Shown: positions 36,860-50,900, counted from the stretch's first letter. The stretch: 64,000 nucleotides of DNA from Eledone cirrhosa (GCA_964016885.1 OZ024754.1:11408001-11472000), one strand, 5' to 3'. Notes: generated by a model from the letters alone, not told the origin. A program made the numbers and translations.

Positions 36860-38830
36860 ATAATGAAATTATTGTGTACAGTGCTCAGGTGCACTACAAC
36901 TCATCAAAGGTGCATGTATAGTACATAGAATAATGTACAAATGTCAGGAAAATAAACAGTGTATGAGTCATGATATAATAACAATAACAATAATGAAATA
37001 TTGTGTACAGTGCCCAGGTGCACCACAACTCATCAAAAAAGTGCATGTACAGTACATAGGGCAATGCACAAACATCAGTAAAATGAACAGTGCACGAGTC
37101 ATGATACACACGTGTGCATGTGTATGGAAGGGGTACATCAGGTGTAGTTCTGGCGTATTTCGGGAAGCATGAGTGTCTTAAAGGATGCAGTGTCTCGGCA
37201 GCTAACAATTGACGCAGGCAGTTTGTTCCATGCTTCAGCAACTCTGAGCGTGAAAAAATGTCTGCGAAAGTCATAGGAGCTGTGCTGTTTTCTTATCTTG
37301 TAGGCATGTCCACGTGTGTTAGACACATGGAGATCAAAGAGGCGCTCAGGGTTGCAGTTGGCGAGATGGTTAAAAACTTTGTGGGTATTCACCAAGTCCA
37401 TTGCCAGACGTCGGAGCTTCAATGAATCCATGCCCAGGGAAGCAAGGCGTTCAGAGTATGGTAGGTGTCTGATGGAGGGTATGCGCTTGGTTGCACGTCT
37501 CTGAACAGTTTCCAGGAGGTCAATGTTCCGAGCAAGATAGGGGTTCCAGACTGATGATGCGAATTCCAAGTGTGGTCGCACCATAGCTGTATACAGTTTT
37601 AAATAGATGGCTGGAGAGCGGCTAACAAAGGTCTTGCTGAGTGATGCCAAGACACCCTCGGCCTTCTTGACAATCTTAGAGACATGCTTTGTCCAACGCA
37701 AATCGTTGCTGACAGTAATGCCCAGGTCACGTTCACAAGAGGACTTTTTGATGTCAGTGTTGTGGAGGGAGTATGTGGACGCTGGATTTTTCCTTCCAAA
37801 ATGCATGGTGGTACACTTGTCCACAGCCAGCTTCAGTTGCCAGTCTGTGATCCATTGCTGCATTGTGTCCAGATCTGATTGTAGGAAAGAGTTGTAAATT
37901 TCAGGATCAGTCCTTTTGATTTCAAGGTACAGCTTGATGTCATCTGCATATTTTAGTACCGTAGCATTCTGTAAGTTGGCATCTATGTCATTAATATATG
38001 CCACAAACAAAAGAGGACCAAGAACAGATCCCTGTGGTACACCAGATGACATCTCATATGGTGAAGAATGCTGTCCTAGAACCGTGACTACTTCCTTTCG
38101 GCTGAGAATGAAGGATTTCAGCCAGTCGAAAAGATCATCCCTCACACCCATTGCAGAGAGTTTTGCCATAAGTCTTTTGTGTGGCACAGAATTAAAAGCC
38201 TTAGCAAAGTCAAGGTAAACAACATCCACCCATGAGCCGCTGTCAGTGATCCGGGTGATGTCCTCAAGGAACTCGATAAGCTGATCACAGCAGCTGGAGT
38301 TAGGGATAAATCCAAACTGTGAGGGCCGGATGAGGCTGTGAGAGCTCCAGAAGTTCCAAAGTGTTTCTCTGACACAGGATTCCATCAGTTTGGCCATACA
38401 GCTAGTAAGACTGACTGGACGATAGTTGACAGGTGACATGCGGTTGCCCTTTTTGAACAGGGGAATGACACTGGCAGTTTTCCACTGCTCCGGAGTAGCA
38501 CCATTGCTGAGACAGTATTGAAAGAAAAAAGAAAGCTGGCGCAAAAGGAAATCCCCACCACATTTGAGAAGCAGGTATGTCACACCATCAAGACCAGGGG
38601 AGGCATAGTTGCGCTTATTCTTAAGGTGACGTCGCAACATTGCAGGTGTAAATTCCATAGTTGTTATGGAATTTGATGTTAGAGATGGTGGAGATGGTAC
38701 ATTCTGGTTTTCAACAGTAAAAATACTTGCATAGCACTCAGCAATGAGTTCCGCGCATTCCTCCGGCGTTATAATTAAATATTTACGATTTTCTACCCCT
38801 ATTTGATAAAAGCCGACCTTACCCAATTAT
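36860..38830 (-). mobile_element. 5'-truncated CR1/L2-group LINE with an uninterrupted 562-aa RT ORF (37138-38826) and a duplicated 3'UTR
   Basis: NYRPVSLTS, YLDFAKAF, GVPQGSVLGP, YADD, ERDLG, VRPHLEFA, VQRRAT motifs; (ATT)n tail; in SLC2A13 intron 1. Confidence 0.92.
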
Positions 38831-40358
38831 ACCTCTCAAGGGCGATGACACACGACCGTGACCCCTGGCGTCACGCAGTAATTCAGAAGACCCGACTTCC
38901 CATGGGTACAAGCTGAAGCTGAAGCATATAGACAATATGCCCCCACCCCCTCCCACTGCAAAGTGGTCGTGTAGGTGTCACGGTAAAAAAGCACCCAGTC
39001 CACACTGTAAAGTGGTCGTGTAGGCACCACGGTAAAAATGCACCCAGTACTCACTGTAAATGAGGTTGGTGTTAGGAAGTGCATACAGCTGTAGAAATCT
39101 AGCCAGAATCAGTTCCCGTATGAGCAAGACAAGGTCAGCTGACCGGACACTGCCCACAACAGGACAACCCATCTAACCCTTGCTAGCGTGGAAGAACAGA
39201 CGTAAAACGGTGATGATGATGATGATTTATCAGAGTCCAGCATATGCGTCAGTTTTAAACAGACCACACATTCTCTCCCCCCCTCTCTCTCACAAACACA
39301 CATACACAATACCTCATTTTAAAAAGACTTGTTATAGATCTGACAAACCTAATGGGAAATAGAGCAGAACGAAACGACCAACAAGTCTGTTGTGTAGTAT
39401 TGTAAAAAAAATATGACAGCTGTGGTTGAGTAGATCTAACTATGATCCTAAGCATTCCAGGCATGACAAACCAGTCTATTTCTATATGTGTCTAAGGCTA
39501 TAATTGAGGGCGAGAAACTAGCAGAGTTGTTAAGGATTAAAAACACCCCTGTATTTGTTCCAACTTAGTGTTTTAAGTTCAAATCCTACCAAGATGAACT
39601 TTGCCTTTCATCCTTTTAAGGTCGATAAATAAAATAGCAGTCTACTACTGGAGTTAAGTCAGGATGGCGCCCCTACGACCTCCACTACAGTTAAGGACCC
39701 TTTTTCATTTTTGTTTTATGACTATGTTATCTAAAGCTGGGAGATTTAAGAGGGACACGGGAAGGAAAGGGAATCGTAGGGCATGAGGTGAATATGAGGA
39801 GGGGGGGGGGGTCGTTGGAAAGAAAGGAATGATGGCACTGCAAGGCAGGAATTTCGAGACTAGAAATAGGTAGTAACCTAACTGCTACCATGCAATTCGA
39901 TACATCGATCATCCACGATCAATCGACACTCCGAAACGATCGTAAAACAATGAACTAATTGACTACCTCCCTCTTACTTCTATCTTGTTTTCATTATGGT
40001 GGATTGACAGTATCGGTAGAAGGTCTGGCGCCATGCTTTGCAGCATAGAGTTACGCCCCTTTATGGTCTGAGTTCAAATCCCACCGAGGTTAACTTTGCC
40101 TTTCATCGTTACGGGGTCGATAAAATAAAGTACCAGTAATGCACTGGGATATTTGTTGGCCTTGAGCCAAAAGTGGAGACAATTATATTTGTTCGTGCTT
40201 TCGTTTAAGCATTTCGTGTAAGCATTGTATTATTATATTTCCTTTTTTATACAACAGTGAATAAAAATTAGACAGTTCTATATTTGTTATATAACAATGT
40301 GCATAATAAATATAATTATATATGTGTAGTAGTCAAAGAGCAAATTTGATTTACTTAC

Positions 40359-40764
40359 CTATTCCGAAACCTAAAAGGGCTCGGCCCACCATCAACATGA
40401 CTCTTCCATTGGCTAAACCTAATAGAAGTGCTCCCGCAGCGAAGGCAATGCTGGCTACTATTGTACTCCATCTACGACCTACTTTGTCATTTAGGTAACC
40501 ACCAAATAATGAAAAGACACAGGCACAAGCTATAGTTACACTAACGAAAACTTCCTGTTCTAGAACTGATAACTTAAACTCCCTTTTCAGTAGTAAGAGG
40601 GCACCCGAAACAACACCCGTGTCGTAGCCGAACAGAAAACCACCTATAGCCGTAAAAAATGATAAAACTAAAACGAACTTTTTACTGCCCTTTTTACTGG
40701 TTTTTACGTCATTTGAGTAGTTGGCACAGGGTTTATCCGGCGATAAATTTGAAGGGGATTCCAT
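40359..40764 (-). CDS. SLC2A13: Proton myo-inositol cotransporter (HMIT/GLUT13) exon 1
   Basis: Sugar-porter N-terminus with GGFLFGYDTGVVSGALL and DKVGRR; donor gtaagt; 406 nt. Confidence 0.92.
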
Positions 40765-41214
40765 CTGAGTAGTGGTCGAGTTTTTAGAGTTTTAATGAAT
40801 GAATTTGTTTAAAGAATTAAATAAATACATAGATACATACATCTATGTAAAAGTGCTTATAAGTTTACGGAGGAAGTATTTTGACAAATGAAAACATTCT
40901 TAGTTGCTCGTCACCAGCTGACACCCAGCAATAAAGTAAAATACATACACATATACATCTTTCTCTCTCCACACACACACACACACACATACGTGTATAT
41001 ACATATATGTATGTACGTGTACATACTTATATTTAAGTAACAGCCGTACTAAGAGTGAGAAATGAAATTTCGTTTCATTTTTTTCCGTTTATATATATAT
41101 ATATATATATGTATTAATATTTATATTTATATATATATATATATAATATATATCAAGCGTTAACATAATATATACTGTACCGATTGTGTTGTTATTTCTG
41201 TTTACCTTTTACAT

Positions 41215-41280
<66 letters not shown>

Positions 41281-41383
41281 AAAAGGTAAACAGAAATAAC
41301 ACAATCGGTACAGTATATATTAGGTTAACGCTTGATATAGCAGATATATTAGAAACAGTCGGAGTCTGACAGCTAGTTTAATC

Positions 41384-41432
<49 letters not shown>

Positions 41433-41434
<2 letters not shown>

Positions 41435-41570
41435 CGAAGGAAATGTGGTAAGGAACCAGGTGGACCATAACGCACCAAAGTACTCAATACTTAGGGTAGT
41501 AGAGTGGGTAATAGGAACGAGTAGGACCCTGACGGCTGAGCTCAAGCCGTTTCGACGGCTAATTCTGGAC
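41433..41570 (-). mobile_element. Penelope-like terminal fragment with a 3' half hammerhead; related copies at 48615-48750 and 317-393
   Basis: Minus strand GAAACGGCTTGAGCTCAGCCGTC (stem III + GUC); shared ggtggaccataacgcacca block; inserted in (TA)n. Confidence 0.55.
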
Positions 41571-41709
41571 TATATATAATAATAGTTTCTTATATAGAGA
41601 CAAGGACAGCAATTTTGGGGGAAGGGAAAATCGATTAAATCGACTCCGTATGGATGAAAGGCAAAGTTAACCTTGGCGGGATTTGAACTCGGATCATAAA
41701 GGGCCGTAA

Positions 41710-41881
41710 CTGACGATTTGTTAAGCCTTCATTACGTTTATTGATTGGTGACACGCGTTTCGCTATTGATCAGCTCAAGATTCGATCTGTATCGATCTGG
41801 CCTGACTCTAGAATCAAAAGCTCGTTGGACCGCTGCTTTTGATTCCAGAGTCGGGGCAGATCGATACAGATCGAACCTTGA
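41710..41881. mobile_element. Penelope-like relic: half hammerhead plus a 47-bp-arm inverted repeat
   Basis: Minus strand GA-GCTgatcaatAGC-GAAACGCGTGTC; inverted repeat 41775-41821/41835-41881. Confidence 0.55.
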
Positions 41882-41940
41882 TTTATTTCTTTGAAGGAAT
41901 TTTTCTAGTCCTGCCTCCTGTCATTTTACTCAATAATATA

Positions 41941-42796
41941 TCTATATATATCTAAATCTGATGATGTCTGTGTGTGTGTGAGTTTGAATCCCTAAAATTC
42001 GAGAAGCACCCAACCGACTGTTTTAAAACTTTACACATGTAATACTTATGTTTCAGGGAGTGTTCTGAGCAAAAAGAAAATTCAAATTTTCAATGCCCTT
42101 AGGCGATTTAGCAATCTCTCTCTATAATTCTTAGTCTTTCTCTTTTTAGATAGATACATACATATAACGGCGCCCTTATAATATGTATGTATGCCTGACT
42201 GTCTGCATTACGTCACTTCTCTGAGGATGTCTGTCTGTGAGTTTGAATCCCTAAAACTCGAAAAGAACCCAACCATTTTTTTTCAAACTTTACATGTGTA
42301 TTACTTATGTTTCAACTTTTTGATATCTTAGGTGAAAAACTGCGTATTTTAAGGTTTTTAGGGGTTTTTTGAAGCGTTACGTCAGACCAATTTCCTTGAA
42401 ATTGTAACTATGTATTAGTCAGTCTCTTCTTCATACCGTGAGCAAAGAAAATCCAACTTTTTTATGGCCTGGGCCCGCATTAGGTGAAAAACTTCATCTT
42501 TTCAGCTGTTTAGGGCTTTTTGCAGGCGTTACGTCTAGCCGATTTTCCCGAAATTTCAAGGCACATTATGCACATAAAAAAAATTCATTTTCTTGATCCC
42601 CTAGGGCCCGCATTAGGTGAAAACCTGCATTTTTCCTGCTTCATCGAGGAAAATCTTAAAGATTATCCAGCCATCAGAGTATTAGGTTTATTTTCTTTAC
42701 ATATTGTCCAGGCATGCAGTTTTTCCACAATTAGGTCTGTTGGTGGCCCGCCTTCCAAAATACCTTATCCCGTGCAACGCCGGGTACCACAGTTAG
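41941..42796 (+). mobile_element. Non-autonomous Helitron-like element upstream of SLC2A13
   Basis: 5' TCTATATA...gatgtctgtgtg; 3' hairpin cccgtgcaacgccggg followed by a degenerate CTAG (gttag); internal subrepeats. Confidence 0.65.
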
Positions 42797-43069
42797 TATA
42801 TATATATATATATATATAAAGACTCCTTTCGGTCACAAAAAACCTGGATCAATTTACCCTCCCCCCAAAATTGCTGGTCCTGTGCCTAAATTAAAAACTA
42901 TTATATATATTTATCTAAAAACATAAAATGTCATACTTCTTTATCTTAATATCTGGGACTTTGAGTCTTGATAAAATTCCAGGTATTGTCTTCTCTCACC
43001 TGAAAGCAATACTTCTCAACTGTTTTAGTCCCATGACTCACTTTGAGTCCTCCTTATCCCCACAAAAAA

Positions 43070-44575
43070 TGATAATAAAATAAAAGATGATTTAATTGAA
43101 TATAAGCAAAATTATGTAATGAGAAAACAGGGATGAGGTAAAGAAGGGCAAATCTGGGTGTATGGTGGGAAAGTAGAGGAAAGGAGGAGAACAGCAAGGA
43201 CTCTAGGGCCACAGAAGGAAAATGAGGGGGAAAGGGAGAGGGTAATGGGATCAGGGCCTTGGGTGCAGTAGTGTTGGGGCTTTGCCCTATGGACAAAACT
43301 GCAAACAATGGCCTGGGACACCCACTGCAACAGCCACTCCACCTCGTGGGGCTCCTTCCTTAGATGGGCTGCTGACCTCTCGATCTTGCGGAGGAGGTTG
43401 GCAGTATGGATCTGGGGACACCTGAGGTCTTGAAGATGACCGGTGCGAAGAGAAAGAGGCTGGACAATCCCCAGTATTTGTTTGTCTTCTTTCCTCTGCA
43501 TTGTGGGCCGCAGAGCACCAGTGTTTGTGGCTGAAGCGACTAGGTTGGGGGCGGAGAATGTGTCGCAGCACGTGGCGTCCCAGATGAGGGATTTACCTCC
43601 CTCAAATAGGAAGAGGGTAAAAATCCGTTGGGGCACTTGCTATCTCCGTGGACGATGCTTGCTGGCTCCAGTTGTGATGGGAAGTCAGCTGTATCCAGGC
43701 TCCTTCTCAATATGTCGTTGAATGTGGCATGTCGGGGGAAACGGCCTGCACTCTGGCGGCAAGACAGTGGGTGCAGGCCAGACTTGTCAACGGCAGCCCC
43801 ACCACAGTATTTGTATGGCTCACACATGCAGAGGCTGAAGTGTTTGGTCACTCGGATACAAGTGCACGTCATCAAGAAAGGTATTAGTTGACGAGGAGAG
43901 CACAGAATTGATCCACACACTGCTGTTTGGCTGTGAAATGGATCAGAGGCAGGCGAGGGGGTATTGATCCAAGCCAGACTCGATCCGCTTGATGTCGTCC
44001 CAGTTATGTTAGACATTTGTATACTGGGGATCAGAGAGTCCTACACATATCAAGTCAGCCAGAGCTTGCTTCTCTGGGGGCACGTCAGGTTCAGCTATCT
44101 TGCTGAGAACCTTCGTGACAAGGGTGTGATTGGAGGAGATTGAGGTAGTGCCAGATCCAAAGCGGATCGGAGGTTGAGGCCACTGAATCTCACTAAGAGC
44201 TTTGCCTGTTGCTGTCAAAATTGACATTACAAATGAGTTCTGCACTGTGTCAGATGGTGGTGTTGAGTTCACCGAGATGATCTACGTTGGGGTGACAAGG
44301 TGCACTGCACAATGTGAACAAGAATTTGGGGAGGGCGAAGCAGTTCTTCAAGAGGCAGACTTCTGGATGAACATCAATGAGGCGTATTCTCTCTGCTATT
44401 CAGAACAGATCTGATACTTGATAGGGAACTCTGCCTGACTTTGAGGCTCAAGGGCAATATCACTTCTTTCTGCGACCCTCTTGGCCTCTCGTGCTATCCA
44501 CCAGTGCTGACACAGCGTCTGCAGTTCACTTCCGACAGCATGAAACATCTCTGGGCCAGAGTCAACCTCAAACTA
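43070..44575 (-). mobile_element. Degenerate CRE-like non-LTR retrotransposon (RLE endonuclease type)
   Basis: Zn knuckle ...CGGAAVDKSGLHPLSC...GRFPRH...LEP, then GKSLIWDATCCDT; frameshifted. Confidence 0.75.
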
Positions 44576-45107
44576 ATTGTATGTATGTATGTATGTATGT
44601 ATACAAAGCTTTTCCTCTCTTAAAAAAAAATCTTCAAGCACAGTCATCGCTTGATATGTGACATTTTCTGTGATGCATGGCATTGCTGGCATTAGGCAAG
44701 CCCCTAGCAGGACTAAAAAGCCACGTCCATGATGCTCATGTTTAAGCATCAAGTAAAGGCATTACTTGAAATCAAGGTGCAGCCATCATTATGTATATAC
44801 GTATATGGATGGATGGATACCCCCTCTCTTGTAACTCCTGATGAAGTTGTAAGACAATAAACTACACACAGTACACTCTGTGTTAGTGTGTATTTTATTG
44901 TCTTAGTGTTAGTGCTGCAATAAACTGCATTTAATACAAAGAAAAGAAAACAAAAACAACATTTACCAAATGAGGAATAAAAACACAAGAAAATTCAAGA
45001 CTTATTGCATAACTACTTTATATCAAATAAGAAATATACAGAATATACAAGTTTATAATTCTTAGAAGTTAGAATTTCAATAATAATAGTAATAACAATA
45101 ATAATAA

Positions 45108-45232
45108 TAATACTTGGGTACTGCAGACATTTTGAGGAAAATATTGTCTGTATGAGGTCCTTGTTGTGATTTGACAGCTAAGTACCCCAATGCATTATCC
45201 ATCTGCATTGCAGTAATAGAGCGATAGTATGG

Positions 45233-45268
<36 letters not shown>

Positions 45269-45270
45269 TT
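45108..45270 (+). mobile_element. R4/Dong-like LINE 3' end embedded in (TAA)n
   Basis: Encodes LGTADILRKILSV*, similar to the R4-clade C-terminus; TAA repeats on both sides. Confidence 0.5.
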
Positions 45271-46421
45271 TATTATTGAATATCACAAAGTCAGGTTTGA
45301 TCAAGTGTACAACCAACAACCTCTAATGTTTCTCTATATACACCAACATCTCTCTATGCAGCAATGTTGAACTGGAATCCTGTTATTATTTAAATATCAA
45401 TAGAAATAATAATAATAATAATAATAATAATAATTGTTTCTACTTTGGACACAAGACCAGCAATTTTGGGGTAGGGGAAAGTCGATTAAATCGCCCCCCA
45501 CTGGTATTTTATTTTATCACCCTCCTCCCATTCCACTCCTGTAAAGATGAAAGGCAAAGCTAACCTTTGCTGGATTTGAACTCAGAACGTAAAGGGACGC
45601 AACTATATGCAGCAAAGCGTGTTGTTCGATGCTCTAACGATTCTACCAATCCAGAACCCTTAAATAACAACAACAACAACAACAATAATAATAAGATGTA
45701 AAACATTATTTCAAGATTTAAAGTAAGAGTTAGGTATATATTGTGTGGAGAATGCCATGCAAAGTTTGCTGTTATAGATACAACTATTACACTTCTCAAT
45801 AATAATAACTGTTTCTACTTTAGGCACAAGGCCAGCAATCACCCAGTGCATTACTGGTACTTTATTTTATCTACCCCGTAATAATAATAATAATAATAAT
45901 AATGGTTTCTTATATAGGCACAAGGCCAGCAATTATCCCAGTGTATTACTGGTGCTTTATTTTATCGACCCCGTAAGGATGAAAGGCAAAGTTAACCTCG
46001 CCGGGATTTGAACTCAGACCATACAGGGAGGTAACTCTATGCTTCAAAGCATGGCGTCCGACCCTCTACTGACACTGCCAATCCAAATAATAATAATAGT
46101 AATAATAACAATAGTTTCTAACATAGACAGAAAGCCAGAAATGTTCTGGGTGAGAGGACCAGTCAGTTATATACGCTTCCCAAACTCACCCACCATCTCT
46201 CCAGCAGAAGGCTATGTTAACCGCAGTGGGATTTGAACTCAGAAAATAAAGAGACACAACAAAAATACCACAAGACGTCCTGCCAATCCACCATTTTAAA
46301 ATAATAATAATAATAATTATCATTATTGTTGTTGTTGTTCTTACATAAGGGACTTATCTGTGGCCAATCAACACACCCTTCACTTATCACCAATTGCTAG
46401 AGAGACCTTACAAAAGGGGGA

Positions 46422-46496
46422 AATATACATACATATATACACATATACATATATATATATACATATACACACATACATACATATATATATACATAT

Positions 46497-46541
<45 letters not shown>

Positions 46542-47497
46542 CATATATATATATATATATACACATATACATACATACATATATATACACATATACATTC
46601 ATACATATATATACACATATACATACATACATACATATACACATATACATATATATATATACACATATACATATATATATATACACATATATATATATAT
46701 ACATATACACATATATATATATATACATATACACATATATATATATATACATATACATACATATACAAACATATATATATATATACACACATATACATAT
46801 ATATATATACATACACATATATATATATCTATATATATATATACACATATACATATATATATATATATATCTATATATATATATACACATATACATACAT
46901 ATATATATATATCTATATATATATATACACATATACATACATATATATATATACATACACATATATACACATATACATACATATATATATATCTATATAT
47001 ATATATACACATATACATACATATATATATATACATACACATACATATACACACATATATATACATATATATATATATACATACATATACACACATATAT
47101 ATATATATATACATATACACATATACATACACACATATACATATATATATACATATATATATATATACATATATATATACACACACATATCTATATACAC
47201 ACATACATATATATATATATATATACATACATGTATATATACATATAGATATATATATATACATATATATATACATATATATATATATACACACACATAT
47301 CTATATACACACACATACATATATATATATATATACATACATGTATATATACATATAGATATATATACATACATATATATATACATATATACATACATAC
47401 ACATATATATATCTATATACATATATATATATCTATATACATATATACATATCTATATATATATACATACATACATATATACATATATATACACTCC

Positions 47498-47533
<36 letters not shown>

Positions 47534-47535
47534 AC
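46422..47535. repeat. 1.1-kb compound (TA)n/(CA)n/(TACA)n microsatellite
   Basis: Alternating purine-pyrimidine tract; produces the spurious YI/HT ORFs. Confidence 0.97.
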
Positions 47536-48351
47536 AATAACAGTTTCTCATTTTAGCACAAAGCCGAAGATTTTGAGGGGAGGGGGGAAAGTCTATTACA
47601 TCAACCCTAGTATATGACAGGTACTTTATTTTCTCAACACAGGAAGGATGAAAAACCAAGTTGACTTCAGGACATAAAGAACTGTGACTAATAATACGAC
47701 AGCAATGATATGAGTCGTCTTGCTTTTTAAGTGTGGGGAAGGGTTAAAGAAGGGCAGATCTGGTTGCCTGGGAAAGTAAAGGAAAGGACTATAAAAGCCA
47801 TAAATGAGAGGGAAAGGAGGGGAAAATTAAGGACTCTAGGGTCACAGAAAGAAAAGGCAGGTGATGGGCTCTGGGCCTGCACCCTGCAGACAAAACTGCA
47901 AAGCAAAATATCTGTATGTATCAAATAATGGCGAAAGATTGATAAAAATAGATTTTGAAAATAAGGGGAAAGAAAGGCATGAAAATGTATTTCAGTGCCA
48001 AAATAAATAACATTGCTCCCATCTCCCGCCCACCACACTACCTTCTGAAAATAATAAATTAATATATAGATATATAGAGTATAGTATTGAGATGTAATCC
48101 CTACACACACCTATTCCCACTTTTAGAAATATATATATATATATATATATAGACTCTGACCAATAAAATATCTGTGTGTGTGTGTGTGTGTGTATATATA
48201 TACACACACAGATATTTCATAGTTCAGAGTCTATATATTATATATATATAGTAATAATAATAAATGTGAAGACTAAAATCCAAAGAGGGCTCGATAAGGA
48301 TAAATATATATCAAATATATAAGAGAGCAAATATTAATATAGACTCTAAAC

Positions 48352-48390
<39 letters not shown>

Positions 48391-48572
48391 GTATATTTCA
48401 TAGTTTAGGGTTTATTTTTAAAGGTAGAAGCAGCTTTTAATTTGGTTTCCTTATATTGTAATTACATTATTGATATCAGACCTAGCATCAGGCCACAACA
48501 TATTCCCATGGATTGAGTGCTCTTCCCTCTTAAGATAGCCTTTACTGAATATATATATATGCATATATATAC

Positions 48573-48615
<43 letters not shown>

Positions 48616-49129
48616 ACAAAGAGGGTGTGGTAAGATACCAGGTGGACCATAACGCACCAGAGTACTCAATACTTAGAGTAGTAGAGTGGGTAATAGGAAA
48701 AGAGTCAGGACCCCGACGGCTGAGCTCCAGCCGTTTCGACAGCTAGATGTACACGCATATACATATATATACACATATATATTAATGTATATTCACACAC
48801 ACACATAAATATATATGTATATATATATATATATATATACTATAAAGTATGTCCATAGAATCATTTGATAATATATATACATCATTTCCTCTCCCAATTA
48901 GCATAATTAACCACACAAAAAATCAATTAGACCAGGCTATAAGATTAAAAGGCACCTATGAAGAAACAGTAAATAAATAAACGATAGCAATCTCTTCGCG
49001 GCCGACCGCTATAGAATATTTACCCAACATTTCAATAGCACGTGGAAATCAATTAAATATATGATCAACCATACACAATTAGGTATAAAATTAAAGTTAG
49101 AAATGCTTATATACATACCAGGATTATAT

Positions 49130-49168
<39 letters not shown>

Positions 49169-50164
49169 AGGAGAACTATGATGCTGTGACCTTCATGCTT
49201 TTCTAAAGGAATGTTAGAGTATAAACGCAAATAAAAAAGATATCACACTAACTTCAAACAATTTACCCCACCCCACCCCTACCACCAAAAAACATAAGCA
49301 GACTTTTCCAAGGATCTATCAACCCTAGGCCATTAAAATTAATGGTTTTAGGTTAAATATGTATTTCGTTTCTTTTAATAAGAGGTTTTAATGCCTAATC
49401 TAATAATATTTATTTTTCAAAAACTGTTCTTATATTAAAAATTAATGTGTTATATTTTAAAGTCCTGTACCACATAAAACCGCATTAGCTAGACAAAGTA
49501 ACACAATGTCTGCTCTGACACTATAAATGTTCACAACCATCTGTCCACTAGTAAAGATACTATAAACATTTGAATTAACAAACTTGGTTTTAAAATGTTC
49601 TGCTAAATCATTACAGGGTGTTAAGAGTTGAAGGATTTTTTTTTAAAAATGGGAGTAAGTTTCATTTGTGAACTATGGATCTATCATTTACATATGTTTG
49701 AAATGAATTAAATTTATTTTAACATATTTATCAATCCATATAGAGGAACTGCTTAGAATCACACGTAAACCATGTCCTGCATTACATCAGAGGATAGCTG
49801 GGGAAATACACTAAAAGGGACAGTCCAACTCATAGTGATCATTCTTGCAGATGGCCATTTCTATTCCATTAACATTAAGTAGGCGGCCTGGGGTGGGGGG
49901 TGGGGGGTAGGTTCAAGACCTAGGACACCAAATGTTTCGATTGTTATTATTATTATGAGAGATATATTGTCAAATGTGGGGACTGATACATCAATTAGAA
50001 GGTATTTCTTTAATTATCGTAGTGGTGATGGTGGTGTCTTTGATTACTATTATTATTAGTATTATTAAAATACAGCATCCCTATAAACAAGTGTTAAGAA
50101 GTAAAGAAGGGTTACCATATACTAATGGGATTATGTCAGAAAAGTAAACAAGTAATACATAGTA

Positions 50165-50900
50165 ATAGTAGAAAGAGAGGGTCCTATACTATGTTACTCT
50201 ATACTATGACAGTATAGAATAGTAGAGAGAAGTAGAACAAGAGGCTCCTATACTATGTTACTCTATGCTACGGCAGTTTAGAATAGTATAGACAAGGAGA
50301 ATGAGAGGGTCCTATACTATGTTACTCTATGCTACGGCAGTTTAGAATAGTAGAGAGAAGTAGAACAAGAGGCTCCTATACTATGTTACTCTATGCTACG
50401 GCAGTTTAGAATAGTATAGACAAGGAGAACAAGAGGCTCCTATACTATGTTACTCTATACTACGGCAGTTTAGAATAGTATAGACAAGGAGAATGAGAGG
50501 GTCCTATACTATGTTACTCTATGCTACGGCAGTTTAGAATAGTATAGAGAAGGAGAATGAGAGGGTCCTATACTACGGCAGTTTAGAATAGTATAGAGAA
50601 GGAGAATGAGACGGTCCTATACTATGACAGTTTAGAATAGTATAGAGAAGGAGACTGAGAGGGTCCTATACTATGTTACTCTATACTACGAAAGTATAGA
50701 ATAGTACAGAGGAGAATGAGAGGATCCTATACTATGTTACTCTATACTACAGCAGTTTAGAATAGTATAGAGGAGAATGAGAGGGTCCTATACTATGACA
50801 GTTTATAATAGTATAGAATAGTACAGAGGAGAATGAGAGGATCCTATACTATGTTACTCTATGTTACTCTATACTACAGCAGTTTAGAATAGTATATACA
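50165..50900. repeat. Variable ~62-bp minisatellite
   Basis: gagagggtcctatactatgttactctatactacggcagtttagaatagtatagagaaggagaat. Confidence 0.9.

Noticed and set aside
37138-38826. Domesticated RT gene or complete autonomous LINE
   Set aside because: No endonuclease or ORF1, the ORF start is not a convincing initiation site, and it abuts an RTE fragment; an ordinary 5'-truncated copy
46360-47422. Tyr/Ile/His-rich ORFs
   Set aside because: Translation of a TA/CA microsatellite
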